Shown here: positions 1-11,556 of the stretch, piece after piece
Position numbering within the stretch: position 1 is the stretch's first letter
Layout: each line of letters opens with the position of its first letter
From: Hormiphora californensis
Taxonomy: Eukaryota > Animalia > Ctenophora
Length of the DNA stretch: 64,000 nt
Direction of reading: 5' to 3'
Assembly: GCA_020137815.1 (NCBI GenBank)
Contig: CM035354.1
Span: 1,798,001 to 1,862,000 of the forward strand
The notes under the pieces: generated by a model
What the model was told of the DNA's origin: nothing
The model's database searches: none
The model's input: the letters and a program-made list of their open reading frames with translations, nothing else
Program-made: the position numbers and the translations under genes

Positions 1-6
1 ACTTTC

Positions 7-227
7 TTTTTACACCTCCTGTCAACTTCTTCCCTCCCACTCCCCCAACCCAGTAGTTACAGTTTACCACCCCCCCCAGTGGAGCCTGATTGCACAACGT
101 TCAAACAAAAAACTTTTTACACCTCCTGTCAACTTCTTCCCTCCCACTCCCCCAACCCAGTAGTTACAGTTTACCACCCCCCCCCCCCCCAGTGGAGCCT
201 GACTGCACAACGTTCAAACAAAAAACG
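7..227. repeat. Two tandem copies of a ~107-114 bp unit
   Basis: tttttacacctcctgtcaac...gttcaaacaaaaaac occurs at ~7-113 and ~114-227; the copies differ mainly in poly-C length. Confidence 0.9.
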
Positions 228-284
228 TAAGAACAGAATAGCCGTTAAAAATTTCAACGGCAATTTTAAAGTAAAAAGTAAATT

Positions 285-356
285 TGTTATACGGGATTTG
301 AACCTTGGACCTCACGTCTCAAAGTTAGGCGCTCTAACCACTCGGCCATTACGGAG
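285..356 (-). ncRNA. tRNA-derived Pol III unit (SINE head or tRNA pseudogene)
   Basis: Minus strand has an A box TGGCCGAGTGG and a B box GGTTCAAATCC at tRNA spacing, then a T-run; acceptor and anticodon stems do not pair. Confidence 0.6.
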
Positions 357-1329
357 ATAGATTTCTAAAATTCTTAGGGGACTTATACCCGATCTGTGTC
401 ACTAAAACGCAGTGGACCCATAAAAAACAAATAACTTTGCCGTCAGTATGTATCGACAGAGTTAAGATGTTAAGTCGAGAAACACTGGATACCCTCCAAA
501 AACCCCCCTACTAAAGGTTAAAACAACGTAAGACACGCTAACACCCTCCCCCATCCCCTAGCTATCTCTAGGATCACCATCCGAAAATGGCAGTCAAATC
601 GAAACGCTATCAACGCGTTACAGAAGGGGACACAGACCCGACACTATCACTTCTGCTGTCTCTGATAATACTTGCTACCGTGTACACAAGCATGGAAGAA
701 GCGACAACGCAAACCCCATTTCCGACCCTCCAAGACAAAGGAGTGCAGACCCACGAATCGGGACAGACTATCAACACACACGGTAAGAACATACCCCCCT
801 GTCTAACATACATCAGTCAACTAACTAAAACCCCCTACCTCGTCCCCAAACATATAAGTAAACATGTTAAGAAATAACATTAAATCTTGGTCATAAATAG
901 GGTGCACATCTGTAAGGCGCGAAGCCCCAGCCCAAACGAAAGTCCATACTCCCTGAGCGCGGATAGGCACGCGCGATAGGATTACATAGAATCTTCCAAG
1001 AACAAAGCAGTGACGTAATAATTCTAGAAAGTTACCCCTGAAGAGGGAGAGCAATCCTAATATTAGGTACCACTTCTGTTTTTACTGCATTCTTGTGTGT
1101 GTTCTGCTTTCACAATGCTCGGTTAGTATACAAAGACCTAGACTAGACATAGAAAATAAACTCTAACAAAGTAACACCCTCAGTTAACTCCATTGCTAGC
1201 AATATTCCTCTAAATCTTCCCTGACCAGACCTTACCTCCACAGGTACCCAAACCCCTACCCAAAGGGCGGTGATCTCTAAGGATTATGACGACGAGACTC
1301 TAATCTACCACCAAGCTTGAAAATAAAAA

Positions 1330-1593
1330 TACCGGGGCGCCCCCCCTCACTCCTCACCTTGTCATGGGGTAGCCCCGGTCCTCACCCATCTCACAACAAA
1401 CCCACCGAGACGCCTCACGGCAACTCGACATCCCGGTGGTAACCAAGTTCTTCAGTCCATTCATTCACGTGCACTTGTAACCCCCAGCGGTGGCTAATCC
1501 CAAACCCGGGAAGCCTTCCATGGTCAACCGTGGGCCCCTAACAAAGGCCCCAAAATGCACCAACCGCTTTCAACAACAACAACAACAACAACA
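1330..1593 (+). mobile_element. Probable 3' end of a non-LTR retroposon with (CAA)n tail; 5' limit unknown
   Basis: GC-rich segment closed by AGCGGT...ACCGCT and followed by (CAA)7 at ~1571-1593, inside a SNRNP40 intron. Confidence 0.35.
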
Positions 1594-1682
1594 TGGTGTA
1601 TCTAAATAACCTGCCCTCACTGAGACCCCCCACCCTCACTGAGCCCCCCCCCCCCCCCCCCCCCCCCCCGGTCAAGACATAC

Positions 1683-2546
1683 CGAACCCTCACAATGTGA
1701 TCTACACAATATAACCTACCAGCCTCTAGATTATAACAATCCTGAACCTACCAGCCTCTAGATTATAATATAATAATAACCTACCAGCCTCTAGATCCCA
1801 GAGAGCGAGAGATTTATCAGTTGAGGCAGATACCAAGTGAGTACCATCATTGGTAAAACTTATCTGAGTTATCGCTCCTTTGTGACCTGTGTGTGGGGGG
1901 AGTTATATCAGAACACGGAATGAGTCATTGTGCTGTTAGTCACCATGGTAACACCCGAACTGCACTAGCTGCTTCAAGGGCAAGGGCCAGGAGCTACAAA
2001 AGAAGTCTGTAGACAATGCCTCTCCCCCACTATCAGTTCAGAGAGCTATCAAATAGCAAGCCCCACTTATAGTTTTCTGTTGGGACCTAGACCTATCAAA
2101 ACCCCACCCCCACTTATAGTTTACTGTGTGGACCTAGACCTATATCAATTACCGGGAAGACAAGCTATGTTCTCGCACTCTCCAAACACGTTCCAAAGGA
2201 ATATCTGCCTGTCGAATCCTGCACTGGCGAGAATATCTCCAAATGGGCCGAACTTGCTGGTAAACACCTAGATATGTGTATCATATTGTTATTTCAAAAG
2301 TAAGTAAGTCGTGAAGATTCCGGTAGATCGAGTCATCGACACTCAACTATAAAATATTATCCACATATCATCAATCTAATATCTGACATGTACCTCTGCA
2401 GAGTGACCAGTTAGGTGCATTATGGGGGCTTCAAGATCAGAGGTGCGGGGTGGAAGATCGCTGGTCGGGTCAACTAAATCCTGTCTGATCCTCTTAGCAG
2501 CCAGCTCCAGCTCATCTGGAGCACGTTTCAGCAACTCAATAGACAT
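1683..2546 (-). CDS. SNRNP40: U5 snRNP 40 kDa WD40 protein, 5' part (exons 2546-2394, 2267-2153, 1886-1785, 1701-1683; the rest probably lies left of the window)
   Basis: Spliced translation PPRTSDLEAPIMHLTGHSAE|VFTSKFGPFGDILASAGFDRQIFLWNVFGECEN..|GHKGAITQISFTNDGTHLVSASTDKSLALWD; GT-AG introns with consistent phases. Confidence 0.9.
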
Positions 2547-3178
2547 GGCACTGTACAGAGAGAAGGAGAAGTGGAGCGGTGTATGGGTGGTGAAAGGGAA
2601 GAGCTGGCTACTCGTAACCTCTCTCTCTCTCTCTCGAAAGGGAAGAGTTATGGGAAAGGAATTGTGTGAAAGGTACAAAATTAGAAACACGAACGGTTAA
2701 CTAAATAGTTTAACTTATATTATATACGGTAGCATATTTACAAGATTTCAGATTATTTACACAAATATATACATCTAAAAAGCACTAAAAAACTAAAAGT
2801 AAAAACTAAAGGGTATCTGACAACAAATATTACACGCCCAGGGCCGATATGTTTTGAAATGCTGCGAATAAATCTGAAGGAGTTCCAATTTGCTGCCGGG
2901 GCCGCAGGCCCCGGATGCGACCGGAGGTGCCGCGAGTCTTTTATCCGTGTAATTTACACGGATAAAAGACTCAAAAAACTGTACAGCTTTCGTAGAAAGC
3001 AAACCTACACGTAAACTTATAAACTTATAAAGTTGTAGATAAAGTTTCCCTGTAAAGGATCTAAACTAAACATACTGAAGTTGTTTTTGAGAATATTTTC
3101 AGTCTTCATTTCCTAACAGTATATTATGACTGGTTGTCCCTGGTTACTGAAGACTAGCAGCGCCGCTACTGCACACCC

Positions 3179-4183
3179 CTACACCCCTACATCGGCCATC
3201 ATCCCCGGGGTATTCTCAATGATAGTAGAGGAGGGTGGTACCTCTCTGGAGGTGGGAGAGGGACCACCGACAGCACTCCACTTCAGCAGTACACCCCTCA
3301 CATACAGGTTACCAGGTGCTTCGTTCAGCTCCCCTGTCAGCGTCAGGAACAGGGTGAGAAGGGAAACTAACCAAACCCACTCACAAAGATTTCCAAGCAC
3401 ATAGACTTTGTAGCCCCCATCCTCCGATCTGTAGTTCATTCTCCTGTCTGAGCAGTTTTGAGGGATAGTCCACTGTGTGCCGGGTGGGCAAGGGTGGGCT
3501 GCCTTGTACTGATCTGTGGAGACAAAGTGGGCACCAAAGAAGCCAGCAAGACAACAAACTCCAACAATAATCAGGACAATTCTCGCCCACATGATGGATA
3601 TCCTCTTTCTTTCATCCATAATCCCACTCAGCCAGTTCCTTGAGAAGTGGGTTAGCGCACCAAAGTAGATGTACGCATTGCCACAGAGGGCCACAAATCC
3701 AACCGCGTGGAGTTCGTAGGCGTGGTTTAACTGGAACGCAGCCAAGGTGCATAGACCAATAACAGATGTTCCCGCAGAGAAGAGGAGCATGGCATTGTAG
3801 ACACTTCTCCGGTCAGCTCTCTTCTCAATCTTATAACACAAAACTGCGTCCTCTGGGACTCTCTCCTTATCCTTCTGGATACTGATACACACTTCATAAT
3901 ACTGGTATACAGCGAGTGCAATGATTCCCACTAGTAAAGATGCGAACCCAGCAGCTAGGGAAAACACCATACTGGCTGGGGGGTAGTTGCCCGTATCACT
4001 TATCATAGGTAACCAGGCAGGGGAGGTACCTTGGTAGAATACATCAAGGTAGTAGGTCAGGCCGATTAGGGTGGCTGTCAGGGAGACGAAGAATATCACC
4101 ACGGCAGCCAGGGAACATCTTTTAACGAGGAGTATAGCTATCAGGTAGAAAGGGTAGCAGAGACATTTCATGAAGCTAGCCAT
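3179..4183 (-). CDS. DRAM/TMEM150 (Frag1/Sfk1) family membrane protein, intronless
   Basis: LPMISDTGNYPPASMVFS, AAFQ..H, C-terminal EW motif, ~6 TM segments; first ATG at 4183. Confidence 0.8.
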   Translation of the reverse strand: MASFMKCLCYPFYLIAILLVKRCSLAAVVIFFVSLTATLIGLTYYLDVFYQGTSPAWLPMISDTGNYPPASMVFSLAAGFASLLVGIIALAVYQYYEVCISIQKDKERVPEDAVLCYKIEKRADRRSVYNAMLLFSAGTSVIGLCTLAAFQLNHAYELHAVGFVALCGNAYIYFGALTHFSRNWLSGIMDERKRISIMWARIVLIIVGVCCLAGFFGAHFVSTDQYKAAHPCPPGTQWTIPQNCSDRRMNYRSEDGGYKVYVLGNLCEWVWLVSLLTLFLTLTGELNEAPGNLYVRGVLLKWSAVGGPSPTSREVPPSSTIIENTPGMMADVGV

Positions 4184-4733
4184 GGTGCCAGTCACTGCCA
4201 GAGTGGTATAAACATAAAGCTAGCTAAATGAACAGCAGTAGCAGTAGAAAGCAGTTACCAGCATAAACACGAGAGATAATAAACAAGAGATATAATAAAG
4301 AGAGTAAACAGAGTGTCCTTGTGTTCTCTAACACTAGAGTGCTACAAGAGCAACACAAAGAACGAGATGTAACATTGTAAATGCCGTAATATATAAGGAG
4401 AGATTTATGCTTCCTGAGCACTCCAGTAGACAGCCTCACTGTTCCCTTCATATTAATGTGTGAGGAACAAGAATAAAACAACGTGAAATTGAAGTATAAC
4501 TAGTAAATATAACAACATATATAAGAAAACTGAATATACATACCATGTCAAAAGACGTCATGTTCTAACCAATATACACAACTACAATTGTATACGAGGA
4601 AGTTTAGTTTTCTCCTTATTCTCTACAATTGTATACGAATAGAAACTAAATATACCTACAAGTTAATATATAGTATCCATTTCAGTACGTACTTTCTACA
4701 AATAAAACCCTACTAAATACAAAAACTAATAAA

Positions 4734-5600
4734 TTACAGTCTATCAACTGTCTGCAAACTGACACTACGTGACACTGGCGGCACGATCACTGACAACTCG
4801 ATCCTCAGAGAGTATACAAGACAGAAGTTGGATGCCATCCACGCCCATTGGAAAAAGTTGCTGCTAGCAAACAAGCTAAACCCTGGTTCCCTGCTAGTCC
4901 ACTTGTCTAATTCACGCATTGGTCGCCCTGTTTCATTGGCCCATACATATCGTGCTGCAGTGGCGAGAATAAAGAAAACACTGATCAGACCAATACTGAC
5001 AGAGAGCACCACGATACGAGCAATGAATATCCTCCTAACTCGGTGTGGGGGTAGTACAGCTACCAGGACCTTTCTAGACAGGAAGGTTTGGAGAACAAAG
5101 AACACGTACCCAGGGACACCCATGAGGGCCAGAGCGAGAAGATGGAGAGAGAATGTGTTCCTGATTTGAAAGGCACCTACTGCAAGTGTCCCAATTGAGG
5201 TGAGAACAGCAAACAGTAATGATGCTTTGTTACATGCCTCTAAAACAATGCCCACCCGTTCTGCCCTGTCTTGTGGGATCTCGGTCGGTTCTGTAGCCAC
5301 CATGCTTCCCTCTCTCCATCTCGCTATCAACTGTTTGTTTTTCCTGTATACATTGCTCGCTATCAGAGTCATTAACATTGCCGCTATCCCCAGATTGAAG
5401 GAGAAGTACATGCTCTCAGGAGGTTCGTCTCCCGTGTGACTGATTCGTGGTATAATAGGGGTGGTGTGGTTATAGATGTGCGCAGAGAGTACGTAGCAGA
5501 GAGCCATTCCCGAGGGAGTGATTGTCACAAACAGGATGGGAAGAATGGAAGGTAGGTAGCATGAGTAGAGGGAGGTTAACACACGGGAACATGCGTTCAT
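4734..5600 (-). CDS. Second DRAM/TMEM150 family protein (divergent tandem paralogue)
   Basis: IPRISHTGDEPPESMYFS, GAFQ...LH, FQW; TM pattern similar to its neighbour. Confidence 0.75.
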   Translation of the reverse strand: MNACSRVLTSLYSCYLPSILPILFVTITPSGMALCYVLSAHIYNHTTPIIPRISHTGDEPPESMYFSFNLGIAAMLMTLIASNVYRKNKQLIARWREGSMVATEPTEIPQDRAERVGIVLEACNKASLLFAVLTSIGTLAVGAFQIRNTFSLHLLALALMGVPGYVFFVLQTFLSRKVLVAVLPPHRVRRIFIARIVVLSVSIGLISVFFILATAARYVWANETGRPMRELDKWTSREPGFSLFASSNFFQWAWMASNFCLVYSLRIELSVIVPPVSRSVSLQTVDRL

Positions 5601-5708
5601 ACCTGATACACAATGTCAGGAGTTAATTTGTCATATATCAAATATCAATAGTGAATAGCGTGTAAACTTGTATTTTTTTAGAAAAGCCAAAAAAACGGAA
5701 CCATTTAA

Positions 5709-7100
5709 GGGTACGCTAACCAAAATTTTTTTTCGAGTGCAGGGAAATCTCTCACCGTAGGGTTGTAGGCCATGCCAAGGAGACCTCAAATATGCAATTT
5801 GAGCTCTCAAGTCGAATTCATATTTTTGCTACAGCTGCTTGAAAAATGAACTCAAAATAAGTTTTTGGCATCTTAAAAATACATTTGTAAAGATAGGATC
5901 ATAAAAATTTGTGGATTTGAAGAGGACAAAGAGGTGAGTAGCCACAAAAAATTTTTTTGAAATCCGAGCTGATTTTCGGTCCTGAGATGGATTTCTTTTT
6001 TTTTGACTTTAACGCCATATTTGGCCAAGTTCCGAAAATATGTGAAAGCTGTAAATTGGTCAAAAGTTGCGTCTAACGATTACCTAAGTGGCCATAAATT
6101 TTGGGCGTGTCCTTATTTAAGATAAGCTGTACAGAGTTTTTTTTCTGAAAGCCGTCATTTCAGAAATAAATAAATTCCCTGTATCTCAAAAACGGCTGAT
6201 CGTAGAGACCTGAGACTATGCTTAAACGATTCAGAAGGTCCGATTTTAGGGGGGTCTTCTGAGAGACATTTTGCTCCTACTTCAACCGTTTTTGCTGTAA
6301 TTGCGAAAAACAAAAACCCATCTTCGCCATCGTGGATTTTTTGTGATTTTGTTTTTGGTGATTATAGGGACCCATATGGACCAAATAGTGAAGGAATTAG
6401 CTTGTTACATATTTTTCCATAGTTTCGGTCCTTCCTTAGCTAAAATTCCCTAATTACAGGATATTGGAGTTTAGCTTTTGCCCTTTTCATAGAATTTGTT
6501 TTTCGCAATTACAGCAAAAACGGTTGAAGTAAGAGCAAAATGTCTCTCAGAAGACCCCCCCCAAAATCGGACCTTCTAAATCGTTTAAGAATAGTCTCAG
6601 GTCTCTACGATCAGCCGTTTTTGAGATACAGGGAATTTATTTATTTCTGAAATGACGGCTTTCAGAAAAAAAACTCTGTACAGCTTATCTTAAATAAGGA
6701 CACGCCCAAAATTTATGGCCACTTAGGTAATCGTTAGACGCAACTTTTGACCAATTTACAGCTTTCACATATTTTCGGAACTTGGCCAAATATGGCGTTA
6801 AAGTCAAAAAAAAGAAATCCATCTCAGGACCGAAAATCAGCTTGGATTTCAAAAAAATTTTTTGTGGCTACTCACCTCTTTGTCCTCTTCAAATCCACAA
6901 ATTTTTATGATCCTATCTTTACAAATGTATTTTTAAGATGCCAAAAACTTATTTTGAGTTCATTTTTCAAGCAGCTGTAGCAAAAATATGAATTCGACTT
7001 GAGAGCTCAAATTGCATATTTGAGGTCTCCTTGGCATGGCCTACAACCCTACGGTGAGAGATTTCCCTCTTTTCGAAAAAAATTTTTGGTTAGCGTACCC
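5709..7100. mobile_element. Non-autonomous foldback DNA transposon with TTAA TSD, Kolobok-like
   Basis: TTAA|GGGTACGCTAACC ... GGTTAGCGTACCC|TTAA; ~600-bp near-perfect inverted arms (5709-~6314, ~6495-7100); RR..YY ends rather than piggyBac CCY..RGG. Confidence 0.9.
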
Positions 7101-7943
7101 TTAAATCATGTGATTAAAGAAATTAAACCCGATGATTCAAGTTATTGGTAGTCATTTTATGTTTCTCTTTTATTTCCCGTTAATTTTGGGAGAATCAATA
7201 ACAAATTAAGGAACATTTTTAGGAACAGTAATTTTGCGAAAAATCGTTTAAATTGCCTATGAGCTTACCAAGAGTTTACGAAATTGTGTACAAACTCTCC
7301 CTGCACATCCCCTGATGCCTAAACAACTGGGAAAATGCAAGGAAACGCATAAGCATAAAAATGCCTTGAAGCACATGTAATTTTCAAAAAGTAGAAACAT
7401 CAAACAGCTTACATCACAACATTCGCTATCCCTTGGGCCTTGACCCTTTGACCTTTCAGTCCCCAGGCTGTCAGCAGCTGATACTGAGGGGCTAGGGAGG
7501 CCGGAGGGGGGTGTTTCTAGGAAGGAGCATACGCCACAAGGGTCTACAGAGTACTGAATACCGTAAATTTCAAGATAGATAGATACCAGGGATCATTCAT
7601 CGACCACAGACCGACATCTGGTCGAACTTTTTGCGACTTTTCAGTTTTTCGGATCGAAAATTTTACTGTTTCAAAATAAAATTTTTGAGCGAACACGCAG
7701 CGCATTTTCATTTTTATGCCAAAGTTAGATGTAGCGCGCAGACAACTTCAACAAAGCGTTGCACATCAAAAAAATGTTTCAAACTTTTTGTCAAACTTTT
7801 TTGCTGCTTTTTGTGTTTTCTTGTCCTTTTTTGTCCTTTGTCGTTCTTTCTATCTTTTTTCTCCGCTTCATCCTTTCTTTCGATTAAAAAAGAGCCAAAA
7901 ATCTTCCACTCATTATTTTTATCAATTTCTTACAGGAATCGAT

Positions 7944-8363
7944 ATGATTTCCATCAATGACAACCAGAAGATTGGGATAGCGATCACTGGCTTCGGGATG
8001 TTGTTCCTGTTTCTTGGAATGATCCTGTTTTTCGACAAAGGGCTCTTGGCAATGGGCAACATAATGTTTCTCTGCGGGCTGGCACTTATCATAGGACTCG
8101 AACGGACTTTCCGATTCTTTTTTCAGCGACAGAAACTAAAAGGAACAGCTGCCTTTTTCGGTGGAATCCTAGTTGTTCTACTCGGTTTTCCCTTCACTGG
8201 AATGTGTATCGAAAGCTACGGATTCTTTGTAATTTTCAGTGGGTTTTTCCCTGTGGCGGTTAATTTCATACGACGCATTCCAGTTATTGGGAACTTGTTA
8301 AATCTCCCGGGTATTTCACACGTGGCAGCCAAACTTGAGGGTCAAAGCAGGTATAATGTTTAG
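7944..8363 (+). CDS. GOLT1B: Golgi transport protein Got1 (139 aa), intronless
   Basis: MISINDNQKIGIAITGFGMLFLFLGMILFFDKGLLAMGN...; acceptor tttcttacAG 8 nt before the ATG; the upstream part of ORF 7716 is not family-like. Confidence 0.93.
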   Translation: MISINDNQKIGIAITGFGMLFLFLGMILFFDKGLLAMGNIMFLCGLALIIGLERTFRFFFQRQKLKGTAAFFGGILVVLLGFPFTGMCIESYGFFVIFSGFFPVAVNFIRRIPVIGNLLNLPGISHVAAKLEGQSRYNV

Positions 8364-9979
8364 AGAAAACATCTTAGGTGTGTTATGTTATGATATTGGG
8401 GGCTATTTCTTTTGTTATTTTCCGCCATTCTATGAAATATTTATCATTCAATTCTTTTCATGTTAACACAAATGACTTGCTGCTTTCTTTTCCACAATTA
8501 CTTCGTTATATATTGCCACACTCCGCACATAATCAGCTGTGTTTTTTGCTAAAATTGAATTCGACGATGATTATTGTCTCCTAATGAACTGCTGATTTTA
8601 GTTGAGAGCTAGTGGGAGAGACAGAAAAACGATATAAACTCCAGCTTGTTTCAATCGAGACCAGCGACCATGAAAAAACATAAGAACCCTATTTTGTTGC
8701 CATAACCCGACCCCAGCGAAATTTTGTGACCCTTTCGGGATTGGTTTCCCGTTTAGGATTTCTACAGCCGTCTCTTTGTATGCTTCCTTTTTCTCCGCGC
8801 TGTCATACTTGTGTGGTCATGGTTCTTTAGAACTGCTTAAATGTACAGACGTTCCCTAGTCACTGCTTAGAGAGAACTGTGCTGGCAGTGTAATGGGGGA
8901 GATGGGTACTGGCCCTGATCATAAGAGGTTGATAACTAATATCCACTTAACTAGAGACCCGAGAGATCGAGATATGGGGAGAGTAGGAGGAAGCGAGAGA
9001 GTGATGAAGCAGCTCTAGTCTCTAACGCTATCATAGGATAGTTATGTAGCCATCTTACATGATAGTTATGTCGCTGAGAAACAATTACAAAGCTACTCAG
9101 ACCTCGGAAATATTCAGTTGCCACCGTCTTTTGGAGAGGTCGCTGTGATATGAGCAGGGAAACGACATATATATAATAATCAGTTATGAGAAAAGAGAGA
9201 GGAGGAGGAAGAGAGAGGAGGAAGAGAGAGAAGGAAGAGAGTGAAAGTGAGAGAGAGGGGGTAAAAGAGAGAAGATGGAGAAGGAAGTCATCATTTCTTT
9301 TTTTAGAACTCACTTGAGCGAGCTAGCTCTCATTGCCTCGCACAATTGCTGTCTTATTGCATGCCTGCAGCAGCACTACCTTTCTCTCTACATTACAATC
9401 ACTGCACAGCTGCATTTCCATCCTTCCATGTATCGCGGGAGGGTATGGTATCCCCTCTTTTCGCTCTACGTTTAGTTAGGGATAAGTACACACTGTGCCC
9501 AACTATGTATCAGGGTACCCCTGGCCTCTGATCCCTGTTTTTGTGTTTCCTAGGGAGACGATTTGTGAGTGATAATTGATAATTCTGACCTCGAGACAGA
9601 TGCATATGTGATTGGCGTACAGTGAATGTCATATTATGAGATCAGAGAGAGCGAAAAAGAGTGAGATAATGTTACTATAATCTCACTTTCTCTCTCTGTT
9701 TTTTTGTTGTTTTTAACCTGGGTTTAAAGTAAACACCTCATCCATCTATTAAACACATGTATTGTCTATCTAACCACCCCCTCTCTGCATCTAGCTCGTA
9801 TGGTGACAGAGTTGTGCTGTTTCGTCGGTGAAAATGTCACAGAAAAGGTAAGCAGTTTTTTCAACATATATAAATAGTTATTATATGTAGGAATTATTGA
9901 AAATTCCTGGACCCATCCTCGATTATTATCCAAATATCCCAGTTCACCCTCGACTCCTTCTACTTTTGATCTCATGCTA

Positions 9980-10110
9980 AAGTGAAAGCGAAACAACAAC
10001 GAACTGGCTGCACGTTGCACATTCGTTGCACATAACGATCTCACCGGTGAGATTCAAATGCGCAACGTTGTTCGACGCACAGCCAGTTCATTGTTGTTTC
10101 GCTTTCACTT
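9980..10110. mobile_element. Palindromic MITE with TA flanks
   Basis: TA|AAGTGAAAGCGAAACAAC...GTTGTTTCGCTTTCACTT|TA; central palindrome ATCTCACCGGTGAGAT. Confidence 0.75.
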
Positions 10111-10598
10111 TACTTCTAAAATGTCCCTTTATGTCATGTATCACACATCAATAACTTCCCCCCACCGGCCACCCTATCTCACATTTTATTCCTTCTATTT
10201 TCTAGTGCAAGGTGTGTCCTTGCCCTTATTTTCCTCTCCCGTTGTTCCGTATAATACTCCTCACCATGTATCATTCTTATGTCACTGTATCATGTTACCC
10301 CTTCTGTCTCACTCACTTCGTGTATGTAACATGCAGAAGCAAATAGTAAATATTTTACACTTTTTCACATGTTTGCTGTATAACTCTCGTTTCTTGCCCT
10401 TTCATAGCAATGCTGTCTCCGATCCAAGTCCCAAACCACTATTATTCTCCTTATCTCAGTTTATAACTCTCTTCTTTCATACCTCGCACGTGGCATGAAT
10501 GCTACACGTGGTGTGAGTAGTGGTACTGGATACACGTGGAAACAATGGAGTATGCGAGCAAGATATTCTAACCGTTCCTCTTAATCCAAAAAGATGTG

Positions 10599-10686
10599 TA
10601 CACAAATTTGATCTAGGAAGTACTCAAATTTGATCTAGGAAGTACACAAATTTGATCTAGGAAGTACACAAATTTAATCTAGGAAG
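10599..10686. repeat. 22-bp minisatellite x4
   Basis: tacacaaatttgatctaggaag repeated. Confidence 0.9.
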
Positions 10687-11271
10687 TTTTACTGAAGTTG
10701 TACTGAAGAATACTAAAAAGATAATGAAGAGATAGATGCAGTAAAAGCATAGAGATAGAAAGAGAGAAATAGAGACAGAAAAAAAGACAAAGTTACATGA
10801 CCAATTACTACTAGGCTACATCAATGCAAATGGCTACAAGTACACGGTCATCCATATTGTCTGATTTTCTTTCTTGTATCTCCTTCTCTATCTTTTTCCC
10901 TCCTCACTCATTCTTTCTCACTATATTTCTTTACAAATTCCTTCCTTAGCCTACTGCTTTAAAGTTCAATGAACTGTCGTCAAGTTTGGAAATGTGAAAA
11001 AGAATTGGATGTAATTTGTGCTACCATGGCTACATCCCGTACATTTTGCAGCACACTAGACAGAACATTCGTCTCAAGATGCTCCCTGATCTAAAGAGCG
11101 GGTGTTCCTGAATGAATCCTCCCTTCCCCAAGTCCTCCCTTACCCAAGTCCTCCCTAGTACAATATATGTCTGCGTATTCATGAGCTCACTGTTGTGTGT
11201 GATTACTAGTCTCAGCACCTGGGTGTCTGCACACACGTTTACCATTCATACACTGTTTACTTGTTTAGTGT

Positions 11272-11275
<4 letters not shown>

Positions 11276-11366
<91 letters not shown>
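11276..11366. repeat. (CT)n microsatellite
   Basis: Read directly from the sequence. Confidence 0.97.
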
Positions 11367-11370
<4 letters not shown>

Positions 11371-11556
11371 AACCCAAATATTGCTTGTGGTCAAATAACA
11401 CAATCAGAATAGTAGAAGACGTATTATTGAACTCAGCCAATAACATTATAACGTGAACTAAATGCCACACTAAAACAAATACACTCTCTTCTCCGTTGTC
11501 TCGACTCTTCTTAGACTAACTTATCTCTGTCATTCTAAAACGACTGCTCTCCTCAG

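Noticed and set aside
285-356. Functional tRNA-Gln(TTG)
   Set aside because: The acceptor and anticodon stems do not base-pair.
7716-7943. N-terminal extension of GOLT1 in the 215-aa ORF
   Set aside because: It is T-rich sequence upstream of an acceptor; family similarity starts at ATG 7944.
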